This document shows, one piece after another, positions 50,167-62,786 of a stretch of DNA of 64,000 nt. How positions within the stretch are numbered: position 1 is the first letter of the stretch; every line of letters begins with the position of its first letter. Source of the stretch: Lepidodermella squamata (taxonomy: Eukaryota; Animalia; Gastrotricha); assembly GCA_047495785.1 (NCBI GenBank), contig JBLDXI010000054.1:1426001-1490000 (forward strand), read 5' to 3'. Made by a program: the position numbers and the translations under genes. Under the pieces are notes generated by a model. The model did no database searches. It was not told the origin of the DNA and worked only from the letters and a program-made list of their open reading frames with translations.

Positions 50167-51862
50167 GACGTTGTAAGTAATTAAAATTTAAATAAGATAA
50201 CTTGGAAAAATGCAAATGCGGTGAAATAAATGCTTGATAAGCCATAGGTAGATTGAGCGGCGAAAATGCTGAAATTTACCGCAAGATTTAACGATTTATT
50301 TTAGCGAAGTATATACAAGCCGGCTGTCAAGACAGATGATGCGTGCTCAAAGTTTGCCCTACCGCAAAAAATTGGCCTGATTCTGGACACACCAGTTTCA
50401 TTAATAATTTTTTGGCGCAGTGAAAGAAACGAGGTTTTTTGCATTACAAATCCTAAAATTCCTCAATCCGTCTTTTCTGCAGTTATTTGACCAAAAAATT
50501 CAAGGTTATGGAAGCAAAAATACCCTCTATGAATCCTCTTTCGTACTCAATGTGAAAATAAATTGTCGAAAATTCGGTAAAATCAGGCACGTGGCTGACT
50601 TTATTGGCCATCATACGCTAAAATGACGTAGTGAAAACGGACAACAACTAATCACGTAGATACGTGAGCGATAAAAATAGCTGGAAAAACATGAATGAAA
50701 ATCAATGAGAAGATGCTATTACGGGCGGTTCCCGTCTGCGCGACTCATTTTGATCCGGTCGAGTATTTTCAGCCATAAAGTTACAAGCTGCGTGAATGCC
50801 CCTTATAATATATTAGCATTTAAGATGAAAATAGGCAATAGGCAATAGGGTTTAATTTGTTAATTCCCAGTCCTCGCGAACCTACATTTTCTCGATGGAT
50901 ACGTATTCAAACGCAATTTCCCATTTTTTGGTTTAAAATAATATAGGTTCGAAGTTCGAGGTTCGTAACTGCAATTTGGTCTCAAATTTATGGCTCGTAA
51001 AGCTAAAAGGTTTTCAGGTAATTTTTACACCTGCCCCAGTGCTCCCTTCCACAGCATCGAACGTCGGCGAATTTATATAATAAAATTTTAGCCCAGAATG
51101 TTTTCGGAAAATGTTTATATTTTTGCTTCCCTATTGACACATGCTATTCTAATACAGAAAAATTCTGGGATTAAGAATCTGAAAACCGCATATTTTGATC
51201 ATCTACCGTTATTGAGATATTCCAGTGTCAAGTTGTCACGTGACCTTACATTTTGTCACACCTGGACGATTATCTCAAGAACGGTGATAGCTAGGAAGCC
51301 GCTCTCAAAGAAAAAGTTCATCAGCGCGATGAGATCTATCTAGAAATGCATTCCGCTGGGTCATAGGTGCGGAATCGATTTTGAGGACACTTTAGTGCAG
51401 CTTGGTGACAGTCCCAAAAAACGGCTCCTAGCTCATCACCAAGCCTACGAGACAATGGTCATTTATCCATTTTCCCCGAATTTATACGATTTCCCAGCGC
51501 GGAGATATGCCTTTTAGACACCCTGGCGTTGTAGTCACCCTACAGGATTTTTTTAAATATAGGGTGACAGGAAAAGATGCCGTTGGGCTTTAAAGGGTTT
51601 TAATTTGAAAAAATTGAATTTCACAATAAATAATGAATTTTCTGCGAGAAGATGAAAGTGATTGAAAAATGCAAAAATTCTGCATGAAATTCCAACGTGA
51701 AAAACACCTATTTATTTCGAGCACACCTCTAGGGTGACCAGGTCACGAGTCTAATCCTGTTACAGAAGTCATTGGTTACAATATCGTCACAAGTGAAATA
51801 AGTGAAATATCTTTCAGTGGCAGTTTGTTTTTAAATGAATTCTTTTCGGCGGCGTTGTCTTC

Positions 51863-53159
51863 TTAGATCGAAGTTTCAGGACGGCTGGCTAGGTAGGCCT
51901 TAATATCGGGAGTTGCCTCAACCGCGTTCTTGATCGCAACCAGCGTCGGGTATTTTGCCTCAATATCAGCCCAGTCGACTAACGTCTTAGCAGCATCTAA
52001 CGTAGTAGCAAGCGCAATGTCAGCATACGTGTACTGAAAAGAAAACGAACATTCGATGGATAACAAATGCGAGAAAATTTCCGTCAAGTCTTACAGCATC
52101 TCCTCCGGCAATGTTTTTACCGCCACGGGCCAGGGCTTGTTTTTCCAAGTAGCCAAGATTGCGTGGCAAACTGTCAGTTTTGAGCTTTGCAACGCCTTCA
52201 GCCTGAACGAAAAATGGCGCGGAGTTTAATTTAAAAAAAGTAACACCTGCCTATGGAAATTTCGGATTTTATCGTTGTGTTAAATTTACCTTTTTAGCTG
52301 CGTCTTGCTCCCTGTACACCGGGTAAACCGCATCCCAAACGTCGCGCAGGCTGAAAAGAGTTCATTAACATATTAGCTTATCAATCTATCGGCGACCGGC
52401 GACCGAAAACATTTATTTCGCACTTTGAGAATTTTCGGGAGCCAAGAAAATTGTGAATTTTTTAAAATTTTTAAAGATTATAATTAAACAAAAAATTGAA
52501 TATTTTATAAAGTGGCGGGTTTCGAGATTTCAGATTCGGCTTTGCTTCCGAATTTTGAAATTTATTAATGAATAAAATCCAGGTAAAAATTAGCATAAAA
52601 TTCCGGGACGAAATTTTTTCAAAAAATGTTTACCGTGTCTTCGATTTAAAAAATCTTTTAATATTGAAAAATTGAAAATTCTTCAAGGTGCATTGTTCTC
52701 GATAAAAAATGTAAAAAAAAAATCGCTATGGTTCTCTTTTGACCATCTCGCCATGGAAATAAAAATATTTAATTATTAAATTGTCCCAAGATCAAAACCT
52801 GTATAATAATGATAACTGATAACACCTGTATAATAATTTCAAAATTACATTTCATACGCCTCATCTGCCCTCGCTTCTTCCATCGGATTTTTGCCAATGA
52901 GCCCGGCCCATTTAGCCAGCATGCGAGTGATAGCCCCGCTTTGGCACACGACGTGGCTAGTTCCATCAGCATGCGTTATCTCGAGTATCGGAATCTGTCC
53001 AACTGGCATGTTCGGCTTGACCGCCGGCCAGTCGTCCCTGGATAGGCGGAAATCCTCGAAGGCAATCTTGGCGTAGTGCAAAATGTAGCGCGCTGTTTCG
53101 GCTTTTCCGCGCATGGCGAAATAGGTCAACTTGAACTTTTTATCGCCGCAAGTAGCCAT
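51863..53159 (-). CDS. GST sigma-class-like (copy 11)
   Basis: 4 exons. YFAMRGKAE, PVGQIP, CQS; ends RPETSI-TAA. Confidence 0.92.
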
Positions 53160-54093
53160 GACGTAGTGCGCAATTAAAATGTAACTAAGATAACTTTAAC
53201 AGATGCAAATGCGTTGAAATTAATGCTTGATAAGCTATATACAGGTAGATTGAAAGGACGTCACATGGCGAAAATGCTGAAATTTACCGCAAGATTTTAT
53301 CGATTTATTTTAGCAAGCCGCTTCCCGAAATAGATGTGTGCGCTCATAAGTTGTCCCACCGCAAAAAAATTGGCCTACTTACGGGATTCTGGACACATCA
53401 GTTTTATTAATTTACCTGGGGTAATGACGCTGAAAGAAATAAGGTTTTAATTGCAATAAATTATCCATTATTTCAACAGTTATTTGACAATAAAAATCGA
53501 GGTAATTATTGCAAAAATACCCTCTATCAAACCTATTAATCGTAACTTTATGAAACGATTTTTTTCTACGAATGTGAAAATAAATTGTCAAAAGGTCGGT
53601 AAAATATCCGGCACGTGGCTGAGATTTCGCCATCATCTACGCATCCGCTATAGAATATGACGCAACAACTAAAATCGATAAATCATGATTGGCGAATCAG
53701 TGATTTTTCAAAACATGATGAAAAAACATGAATGAAAATTAATGAGAAGATGCCCTTATATGCTACTACGCGGACGTGGAGTTTTCCCGCGCGCTGAATT
53801 TCGATTTGATTTCTGATCAATTCAAATTAAATAGCGCAACAAATAAAATTCTTCTCCCTTTGGATAGCGTAAGACGCCGCGAGTTATTCCGCTTGAAAAA
53901 AATAACTTTAATGAATATCACACCTAAATTTATTCCTCAAAAGTTCGCTGAAAATCAACTTAAATGAATTCTTTGAACCTGAATCATGAGCAAGCTATAT
54001 TTCAGATTTACCTAAAATAGAATAAATAGTGAGATTACAACGACCCTTCAAATGATTTTTTTGGCAGTTATTTCAAAAGTTTTTCGTCCAGAT

Positions 54094-54909
54094 TTAGTAC
54101 GGAGTTTCAGGACGGCTAGCCAGGTAGGTTTTGATTTGCGGCGTTTCTTCAATCGCATTCTTGATAGCAACCAACGTCGGATAGTTGGCTGCAATATCGG
54201 CCCAATCGATGAAGGGCTGGAGTTTTGCAGAATCCAAGGAACAAGCCAGGACAATATCAGCGTACGTGAACTAAAAAAATGAGAAATTCTGTGGAAATCG
54301 AAATTTTTAAGAAAATAATTTACATACCTTTTCACCGCCAGCAATTTTTCCGCCATTAGCCAGGGCTTGCTTTTCCAGGTAGCTGAGATTATGAGGCAGA
54401 ACATCACTCTTCAACTTGCCGACGAGTTCCTCCTGAAAAAAGTCGAGTTTGGAAATCATGGAAAAAATATTCACCTAGTCACCTTTTTAGCCTCGTCCTT
54501 TTCCATCATAACTTTAAAAATAGCTTCCATGACATCTCGGAGGCTGAGGATGAAATAGAATACTAATACTATATGGGGTGAGAATTTTCAAGTTTTACAT
54601 CTCGAAAGCTTCGTCAGCTCGAGCTTGTTCCATAGGCTTCGAACCAGCCAGTCCGTACCAACCGGCAATAAGCCGGGTGATGGTTGCGCTTTGGCATAGG
54701 GCTTGTTTCGTTCCATCAGCTTCGGTGATCTCCAGAACCGGGACTTGGCCGACAGGCGTCGTGGGTTTAACCAATGGCCATTCACCGGGTCCCATGCGGT
54801 GGTCCTCGAACGCAACTTTGGCGTAGTACAAAATATAGCGAACTATTTCGCCTCTTCCGCGGCCGTTCGAATAAATTAGCTTCAACTTCTTGTCACCGCA
54901 GCCCGACAT
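54094..54909 (-). CDS. GST sigma-class-like (copy 12, MSGC subtype)
   Basis: 4 exons. YSNGRGRGE, PVGQVP, CQS, LRDVMEA; ends RPETPY-TAA. Confidence 0.9.
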
Positions 54910-56132
54910 TGCTTGTGGATATGTTTTTAATGGTCCTATATAATAATTTAAGGATTAAAAAGACAGTAATTTATCGCAAGATTTTTGTGATCGTTTTTAG
55001 TAAAGGCTGCATTAAATCCTGAAATACTGCCCTATTCATATCACAAAAAATTGCCCTACTGTCCGAAAAAAATTGGCCTAGTCACGTGATTTTGGACACG
55101 CCGGTTTCATTAATTTTTCAGGGGGCGTGTTTTATTCACGGACAAAATAACGATTATCGATATTTCTCGATTGAATACGATTTTGAAAAGGGGCTTACTT
55201 TTAGCCTAAATAAATTCAAATAATTAGGTAAAAAAATTAATCAGAAATTAAATTTTAAATAAATAATAAATTTTAAATAATTAATTCGCCCTGGTTGAAC
55301 AGGTTAATCGATTTGACCTCGTTTCAGACAAACCTGTTTTTGACAGTTTCAAGCTGCGTGAATGCGTCCCTAATATCTTAGTACATATTTATGATGAAAA
55401 TAGGCAACTCACGAGAAGATGACGGAAGTCTGCATTAAATAAGGCTGTTAGCCATAGATAACGATAACCGTTATCTATGCTGTTAGCAAAACTGATGCGT
55501 GCTGACAATTCACCGCACTTAGAATCCGAAAAAATAGCCGAATTTCGTAATTCTTTAATTCCTCAGGGGTGTGTTACATCAACGGGCAAAAAAAATTATG
55601 GATATTTTTCAAATGAAATACGATTGGGAATTTTGAAATGGGTCTTCCCTACTTTTAGCGGAACGAAAATTTGAAAAATTAATTCGTCCAAAACTGCCTG
55701 AAAGTTCTGAAATTTCAAAAAATCCAAGTAAATGAAGTTAAATTTTCCGTGATTTTCTCTGTTCATGTCCCAACTTTCGGAACGCAACGCAGCCGTGAAC
55801 TAAAAAAATTATTCGAAATTGGCACTTTTTCACAATTTTGCTAATTGGTTGCGCTAAATTCCACTAAAAGATATTCTGTTTTGAAACAGGTCTAATGCTA
55901 TAGCTGCCTCGATATTGATTTCAGTGAACGTAGCGGGCGGAATAGAAGGAACCTGGTCGACCGTCACTTTAAGTGGCGAGAGGCCTGACGTAGCATCCAA
56001 ATTTGCATCTTAGGCTTACATTTTCGCTGGGTTCAAAATTTCGTTGAAAAGTGGGCTAACGAAAATTAGATTATAGATGGCGAATCGCCAAAAACGAAAA
56101 GAAGGTCACAACAAAAATTACGAAGTATACAG

Positions 56133-56481
56133 TAAGACAACTTGAAGATGCAAATGCGGTGAAATAAATGCTTGATAAGCTATAGGTAGATTGAGAGGAA
56201 GTCACGCGGCGAAAATGCTGAAATAAAACGCAAGCTTTTATCGATTTATTTTAGCATGCAAGCCGGTTCACAAAATACATGATGCGTGCTCAAATATTGC
56301 CCTACAGCAAAAAATTGGCCTACATACGTGATTATGGACACACCAGTTTCATAAATTATTTTTTTCAGGGGGTAATGCGGCGCAGTGAAAGAAATGAGTT
56401 TTTTTGCATTAAAAATTATCCGTCTTTTCTTTTGACAAAAAAATCAAGGTAATTGGGGCGAAAATACCCTCTATGAATCCT
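56133..56481 (-). pseudogene. Orphan GST promoter/5'UTR with no CDS
   Basis: Colinear with the upstream region of copies 10 and 11 (taagacaacttgaagatgcaaatgcggtgaaataaatgcttgataag...aaaaattggcctacatacgtgattatggacac...aaaataccctctatgaatcc). No GST exon lies downstream of it. Confidence 0.8.
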
Positions 56482-57013
56482 TTATCCTATATGACAATAA
56501 TTATCCAATTTCCTATAGGAATAATTTTCCTTATAGGATAAATTTCGAACAGATCAATTCAAATCCGCAAGTTATTCAGCTTGAAATATAATTTATACAG
56601 CATCTAGTTCAGGTAGTCCCTGTGTGCAAAATAATTAGCAGCCCCAAAAATTCACAGGTGAGCGTTTGGCAAGTCTGTCCCAAAACACCTTTCCCAGTGA
56701 TCGAGCTTGGGCGATTTTTCACAAATCGATAGTATATGAAAGTACTAGCAAACTTGGTACCGCTGGAATGCCCCAGAAGTGAGCTATTTTTCAGTAAAAT
56801 TTGCCAATTTTTATTGTTTGTGTTTGATATTCAAGGCCAAAGCTGAAGGTGTCCAAATTTTGCGTTAATTTTATTCCGTAATTTTGCAGAGAAATAAATG
56901 AATTCTTTGAACTTGAATCATGACTGAGCTCATTTACCAAAAGAAACAATAAAAATGTTCCATCATCCGAAGAATATGCCGGCAGTTATTTCCAAAAACA
57001 TTTTCGTCCAGAT

Positions 57014-57827
57014 TTAGTAAGGAGTTTCAGGACGGCTAGCTAGGTATGTCTTGATTTCTGGCGTTTCTTCAATTGCGTTCTTGATAGCTACCAACGTCGG
57101 ATAGTTAGCTGCAATATCGGCCCAATCAATCGAGGGCTGGCGTTTTAAAGCATCCAACAAACATGCGACGGCAATATCAGCGTATGTGTACTACAACAGA
57201 ATGAAGTGAGAAACCAAATTTTTCAGAAAAAATTTAAAGGATACCTTTTCACCGCCAGCAATTTTTTTGCCATTAGCCAGGGCTAACTTTTCCAGGTAGC
57301 CGAAATTACGGGGCAGAACATCAGTCTTCAACTTGCCCGCGAGCTCCGCCTGAAAATAGGTTTAGTTTAGAAAATATGAATACAAATGGAGAATTATAGT
57401 AACCTTTTTAGCCTCGTCCTTTTCCATGATAACCTTAGCAACAGATTCCATGACATCTCGAAGGCTGCGAATGAAATAGGATAGTAACATAATAATATGG
57501 GGTGGGGATTTTCAAGTTTTACATTTCAAAAGCTTCGTCAACTCGAGCTTGTTCCATAGGCTTAGAGCCGGTTAGTCCGTACCACGACGCAATGACTCGA
57601 GCGATGGTCGCGCTCTGGCAAAGGACTTGTTTCGTTCCATCGGCTTCGGTGATCTCCAAAACAGGGGCCTGGCCGACAGGGGTTGTAGGTTTAACCTTTG
57701 GCCATTCATCTTGCGCCAAGCGGTAGTCCTCGAACGAAACTTTGGCGTAGTGCAGAATATAGCGAGCTATTTCGGCTTTTCCACGGCCGCCGAAATAAAT
57801 TAGCTTGAACTTCTTGTCACCCGGCAT
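57014..57827 (-). CDS. GST sigma-class-like (copy 13)
   Basis: 4 exons checked in frame. YFGGRGKAE, PVGQAP; ends RPETPY-TAA. Confidence 0.92.
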
Positions 57828-58758
57828 TGCTTGCTTGCTTTTAAAATTTTAAAATGATCCTGTATAATAATAAAAAATGATTGAAACGATAGAAATTTAG
57901 CGCAAAATTTTAGCGATTGTTTGTAGTAATGGCTGCATTAAATGCCTTTTGCGTGCTGAAACGTGCCCTATTTATACACACCGTCCGCAAAAAATTGCCC
58001 CACTGTCCGAAAAAAATTGCCCCAGTCACGTGGTTTTGGACACGCCGGTTTCATTAATTTTTCAGGGGGCGTGTTTCATTCACCGGCTAAACAAGGATTA
58101 TAGATATTTCAAGTGTGAAATAGGATTTTGAAAAGGGTCCTAAATAAATAATTTGACCCAAATTTATATAATTAATTCGCCCACAACTTCCCCCATTTTG
58201 ATATAGACACCTTTTTCTGATTTCTCGCAACATTGAACATTTTCCCTCGGGTTTTTTTTCGCAAGAGCTCATTCGCGCCTATCCAATGAGCAGTTTGACT
58301 CTTCTCCCGTTTTACTCGTCCACCTGGCTGAACAGGTAAATGGATTTGACCTCGTTTCAGACAAATCGATTTTTGACAAGTTCTATATCTTTAATTTCCG
58401 ATTTTTCGATGCCATCTGATAGGCTGTAAAATTCTGAGTATGCCCCGTAAAAATGAGGTTTTCTTCGACAAAAAAAGCAAGGTGATTGAAGCAACCTGTG
58501 ATGAAGGCAAACAACCCACGAGACGATGCCGAGTTGACCCGCCTGAATTATCTAAAATATCTTTAGTGAATGCAATATCACACCAAATTTATTCCTCAAG
58601 TTCGTTGGAAATCAAATTAAATGAATTCTTTGAACCTGGATCATATTAGATTTCAGATATACCTTAAATAAAATAAATAGGTAACTAAGTAGTGAGGGTA
58701 CAACGACCCATTAAATGATTATGTTGGCAGTTATTTCGCAAGTTTTTTTCGTCCAGAT

Positions 58759-59579
58759 TCAGTACGGAGTATCGGGACGGCTAGCCAGGTAGGTCTTGAT
58801 CTCCGGCGTTTCTTCAATCGCGTTTTTGATAGCAACCAACGTCGGGTAATTGCCTTCAATATCGGCCCAATCAATTGCGGACTGGCGTTTCGCAGCATCC
58901 AACAAACAAGCCATGGCAATGTCAGCGTACGTGTACTGAGAAAATCCATAAATTATATGCGAATCGCTTTTTCAAGGAAAGTTTATATACCTGTTCACCG
59001 CCAGCAATTTTCCCGCCATTAGCCAAGGCTTGCTTTTCAAGAAAGCCAAAATTACGGGGCAGAACATCGCTCTTCAACTTGCCGGAGAGTTCCTCCTGAA
59101 AAAGGTTTGGTTTGAAAAGCATAGAAAACCACATGTACATGGATAGCAAGTCACCTTCTTCGCCTCGTCCTTTTCCATGACAACTTTAGCAATAGATTCC
59201 ATGACATCGCGAAGGCTGTTGATGAAAAAAGAAATGTCAATCGCAAAATGATAATTTCAAAGCTTCACATCTCGAAAGCTTCATCAGCTCGAGCTTGTTC
59301 CATAGGCTTTGAGCCGGTCAGTCCATGCCAAGAAGCAATAACTCGAGCGATGGTTGCACTTTGGCAAAGGACTTGTTTCGTTCCATCAGCATCGGTTATC
59401 TCCAAAATCGGGGCCTGGCCGACAGGCGTCGTAGGTTTAATAGATGGCCATTGATCGTGCGCCATGCGGTGGTCCTCGAATGCAACTTTAGCATAATGCA
59501 GAATGTAGCGAGCTATTTCGCCTTTTCCACGGCCGTTGAAATAAGTTAGCTTGAACTTCTTGTCACTGCAGCCCGACAT
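58759..59579 (-). CDS. GST sigma-class-like (copy 14)
   Basis: 4 exons. YFNGRGKGE, PVGQAP; ends RPDTPY-TGA. Confidence 0.92.
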
Positions 59580-60707
59580 TGCTTGTGGAGTCTATGTTAA
59601 TGATCCTATAATTTAAATGGTTAATAAGTATTGCTTCTTTAAGCTAAAAAAGAGAACATAGCATATAGGATTATCAAGCTATGAATATTAGTTGATAAAC
59701 TCGAATGCGGTTTGCTTACTAATAGCTTAAAATGCAGGAGCATCAGATTATATCGCTGTTATATCGATCGTTACTCGCCTTTACTGCGGATGATGACTCT
59801 CATCGCTCTTAATTACATAAAGCTTATAGGTGTTAAATTACTCCTCGAATCGATACCGCAGGTTTTGAGTGTTAAAAAATATTCCTTACGCGCCAATCAA
59901 TTTATTACGTGGCAGAGTTGAATTAGATGTCTCGCTTGCGGATGCGAGTTGACGCTATACGCGAAATTCACAAGCATCAAGAAACAGCTGATGAAATGAA
60001 ACTGGTTTATGTGGTCTGTTAAATTGGATGGATAAATGAGCAAAATCCATCCTCCCAAACTCGCTCATCAAGCTGTCCATTTAGGTTTAAGGCAGAAGAC
60101 GGTTTCGTTACAGAGAGGGTAGGATCGCCGAGAATAAGTGGCATTAGAGGCATGAGAATGAAGAATGAGTGGCCATTAGATCAATAAAGATCAGATCACC
60201 CGAACTGCCACGAGCCCCCTCCAACTCAAATCCGAAACTAAAATCCAAAATTTATAGCCTTTTTCATGCTAATAAAATGTATGCTTATTTATTTCAATAT
60301 TTATAAAATTTAATTATTTATTTGCGTTTTTATTGAAATTGTTAAGAAATCAAATTAATAAGCAACCTTGACATAACGCTACTTGGCGGGTAATATGATC
60401 GAATTTTATTGCGACACGAGCAAACGCGCGGATTCACAACCGCCTCGTCTGTTTTCGCTGTTTAGATTTCTGTTGCGACACCGCTAATTGCAGTTTTACG
60501 GTGTGTAGCGAGAAGCAGCACTGAGTAGCTCGCAAAGCCATACAGCGTTTGACTTTCAGAATTCCTGCTATTTGCTTGCGATTTTATATTTGATAGGATG
60601 GAATGTTCGTTTCTCGTTACATCTCATTGCTTGTCTTTACTCATACAACCGGTGTTCGGGACCTCGGCTCACTAGTTATCTTACATTCTTTAGGTGTTTA
60701 ATTAAAG

Positions 60708-62357
60708 ATGTATTCTCGTTATCGGCGCGAAAACCTCGTTGGCCCTCGCGTGATGAAGTTTGAAACGGCGGAAAGAATCCAGGAAATGTCAGCTTTCGCT
60801 GAGAGCATATACAATCCGTTGTACATGGACGACTTTGCCATCTCTCATTTGCCTGTAGTTGACATCAAAGCCGAAAACATGATCAAGATCGAAAAAATTC
60901 TGAAGCGCGGCACGGACGAAGCTCATCCCGGCAAATTCCTTCTGGCTCGTGTGATGGAAGTTCACTCGATAACTAAGGTTACCATCGGCTTCACGCTGGA
61001 CGATCCAGATGGTGTATACACCATTCCATTCTTGTTCGTCTCTCCTGGAGTAGCCTATCAGCGTGGCGAGTTTGTTACATTTGATCTTCATGATGCTCAA
61101 CATGAGTTCATGCACTCCATTCCCGTTGGTTCGATTGTAGCTGTGATGAATCCGTGGCTCACGATGTCTGGCAAACTGCAGAGTCGCAATTTAAACCACC
61201 TAGTCGTCCTCGGGAAACATCACCCGCTATTTGATGATGGTAAAATCAAGTTTCGTGCACCGGGACCTGGCCGAGCTAGTCTCAAATCTTTCGATAACAT
61301 GGAACCAAAAGATGCTGGTGTCAAATATTTCGCTGCTAAAAACTATTTAATGGCAAAGGAGTGTTTTTCCAAAGCGATTTTATCCGCCGACGATGATGAA
61401 GCTCGAGGAAAACAATACGCAAATCGAGCTATGGCCTATCTCTGCCTTTCAAAACCGAAAGAAGCGCTGATCGATGCGGACAAAGGGCTGGAATTCGACC
61501 CGAAAAACGTGAAATTGGTCTATCGAAAGGCGAAATCTCTCTTTATTTTGGCTCGCTACGAAGAATGCGTTGAATTTCTGCGAAAAATGAAGGATAAATT
61601 TGTCGATAACGAGTTGAAAGATTTACTGGCTCAAGCTCAAATTGCCGTTGTGGAGTGTGAAACTGGAAATTACGATATCGAAAAAATGCAAGAAGAATTG
61701 AAAAGTCATTCAAGTCTTGAGAATCACGCCGAATTTTTCAACGAACAGCACCTTGAAATTGTCAAGAAGAAAGAAAAATCTGAAATACGAGTGAAGGATG
61801 CAATCAAATCGGACTCGCTGCTAATGGCTTCGAAAGCTTTCGTGTTTTATCCCAAAGTGGAGAAATTTGAATGCAAAATGTGTGAAATGGACGGTAAACA
61901 CGACCATCTCAATGTCATGGTCGAACCTTGGAAGCAGATCGAAACGCTTTGCAGCGCTAAAATTTCGGCCGATTCTGCTGCTTTTGAAGATATCAAACAG
62001 CTGGGGGATTTTTCGGATTATTTCATGCCAACAAATTATCGGAATGAATACGTTTCAAGTGACGAAGATGATATGCCTGATGAGTATAAGAATGACGAGA
62101 GAAAAATGGCTGGCGAAGCCCGATTTGCTTATGGCGAACGGCATGTTATCGAGTCGATTTGCGAGAATGATTTGTTGACGTCGAAAAATCCGCACAGCAA
62201 CAAACAATTTGCTGGATTATGGATTCGCCCATCTATGATCAAGCGATCGAAGAAGCTAGCCGCTAATTGCTCGATGCAATTTTTGGGTAATTTTTGCTTC
62301 ATTCGCGCGACTCGAGATATCAAGTCAGGTGAAAAATTGGTTCTGCCTAAGATGTAG
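60708..62357 (+). CDS. TPR-repeat protein with a C-terminal degenerate SET domain, 549 aa, intronless CDS
   Basis: TPR segment (YANRAMAYLCL...ALIDADKGLEFDPKNVKLVYRKAKSLF), SET-N-like IRVKDAIKSDSLLMASKAF and SET-C-like GLWIRPSMI...FLGNFCFIRATRDIKSGEKL. In-frame stop just upstream of the ATG. Confidence 0.8.
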   Translation: MYSRYRRENLVGPRVMKFETAERIQEMSAFAESIYNPLYMDDFAISHLPVVDIKAENMIKIEKILKRGTDEAHPGKFLLARVMEVHSITKVTIGFTLDDPDGVYTIPFLFVSPGVAYQRGEFVTFDLHDAQHEFMHSIPVGSIVAVMNPWLTMSGKLQSRNLNHLVVLGKHHPLFDDGKIKFRAPGPGRASLKSFDNMEPKDAGVKYFAAKNYLMAKECFSKAILSADDDEARGKQYANRAMAYLCLSKPKEALIDADKGLEFDPKNVKLVYRKAKSLFILARYEECVEFLRKMKDKFVDNELKDLLAQAQIAVVECETGNYDIEKMQEELKSHSSLENHAEFFNEQHLEIVKKKEKSEIRVKDAIKSDSLLMASKAFVFYPKVEKFECKMCEMDGKHDHLNVMVEPWKQIETLCSAKISADSAAFEDIKQLGDFSDYFMPTNYRNEYVSSDEDDMPDEYKNDERKMAGEARFAYGERHVIESICENDLLTSKNPHSNKQFAGLWIRPSMIKRSKKLAANCSMQFLGNFCFIRATRDIKSGEKLVLPKM

Positions 62358-62786
62358 AAAAGCCCTGAAAAGGTAAACTTTGTGCAATGACCAATTATTT
62401 TGATTACCTCTACCTATTTCTACGTGATTATTATCAGTGCTTTTGCAATTTTGCATCACAATCATTTGCTCAACTTATATACCGAAAAATGTCTCATTTC
62501 TTGTTGAATTATCAAATGTATAAATTCAATAAATTCTTACCATGACTGTGTTTCTTCTTGCAGTTCAAGAACAAAAATTGTTTTCATTTGATCGATATGA
62601 TTCTGAATATATTTTAGCGGAGCCAAATTTGACGGAACCAAAATTAATTGTAGCGAAACTTCAGAAAAAGTGTCATTTTCGAATAATTTTCTATATCATG
62701 ATTGTCTCGTGTTCTGAAAATGTTGAACAGAATATTTAGAAAAGGCAATTTGGGCGAATTAATTAATTAAAATTCGGTTCCGCTTA

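Noticed and set aside
7462-59549. Plus-strand ORFs overlapping GST exons (e.g. MPVSPAHL..., MASSHGLL...)
   Set aside because: Antisense shadows of the GST coding frames; they recur only because the GSTs are paralogous.
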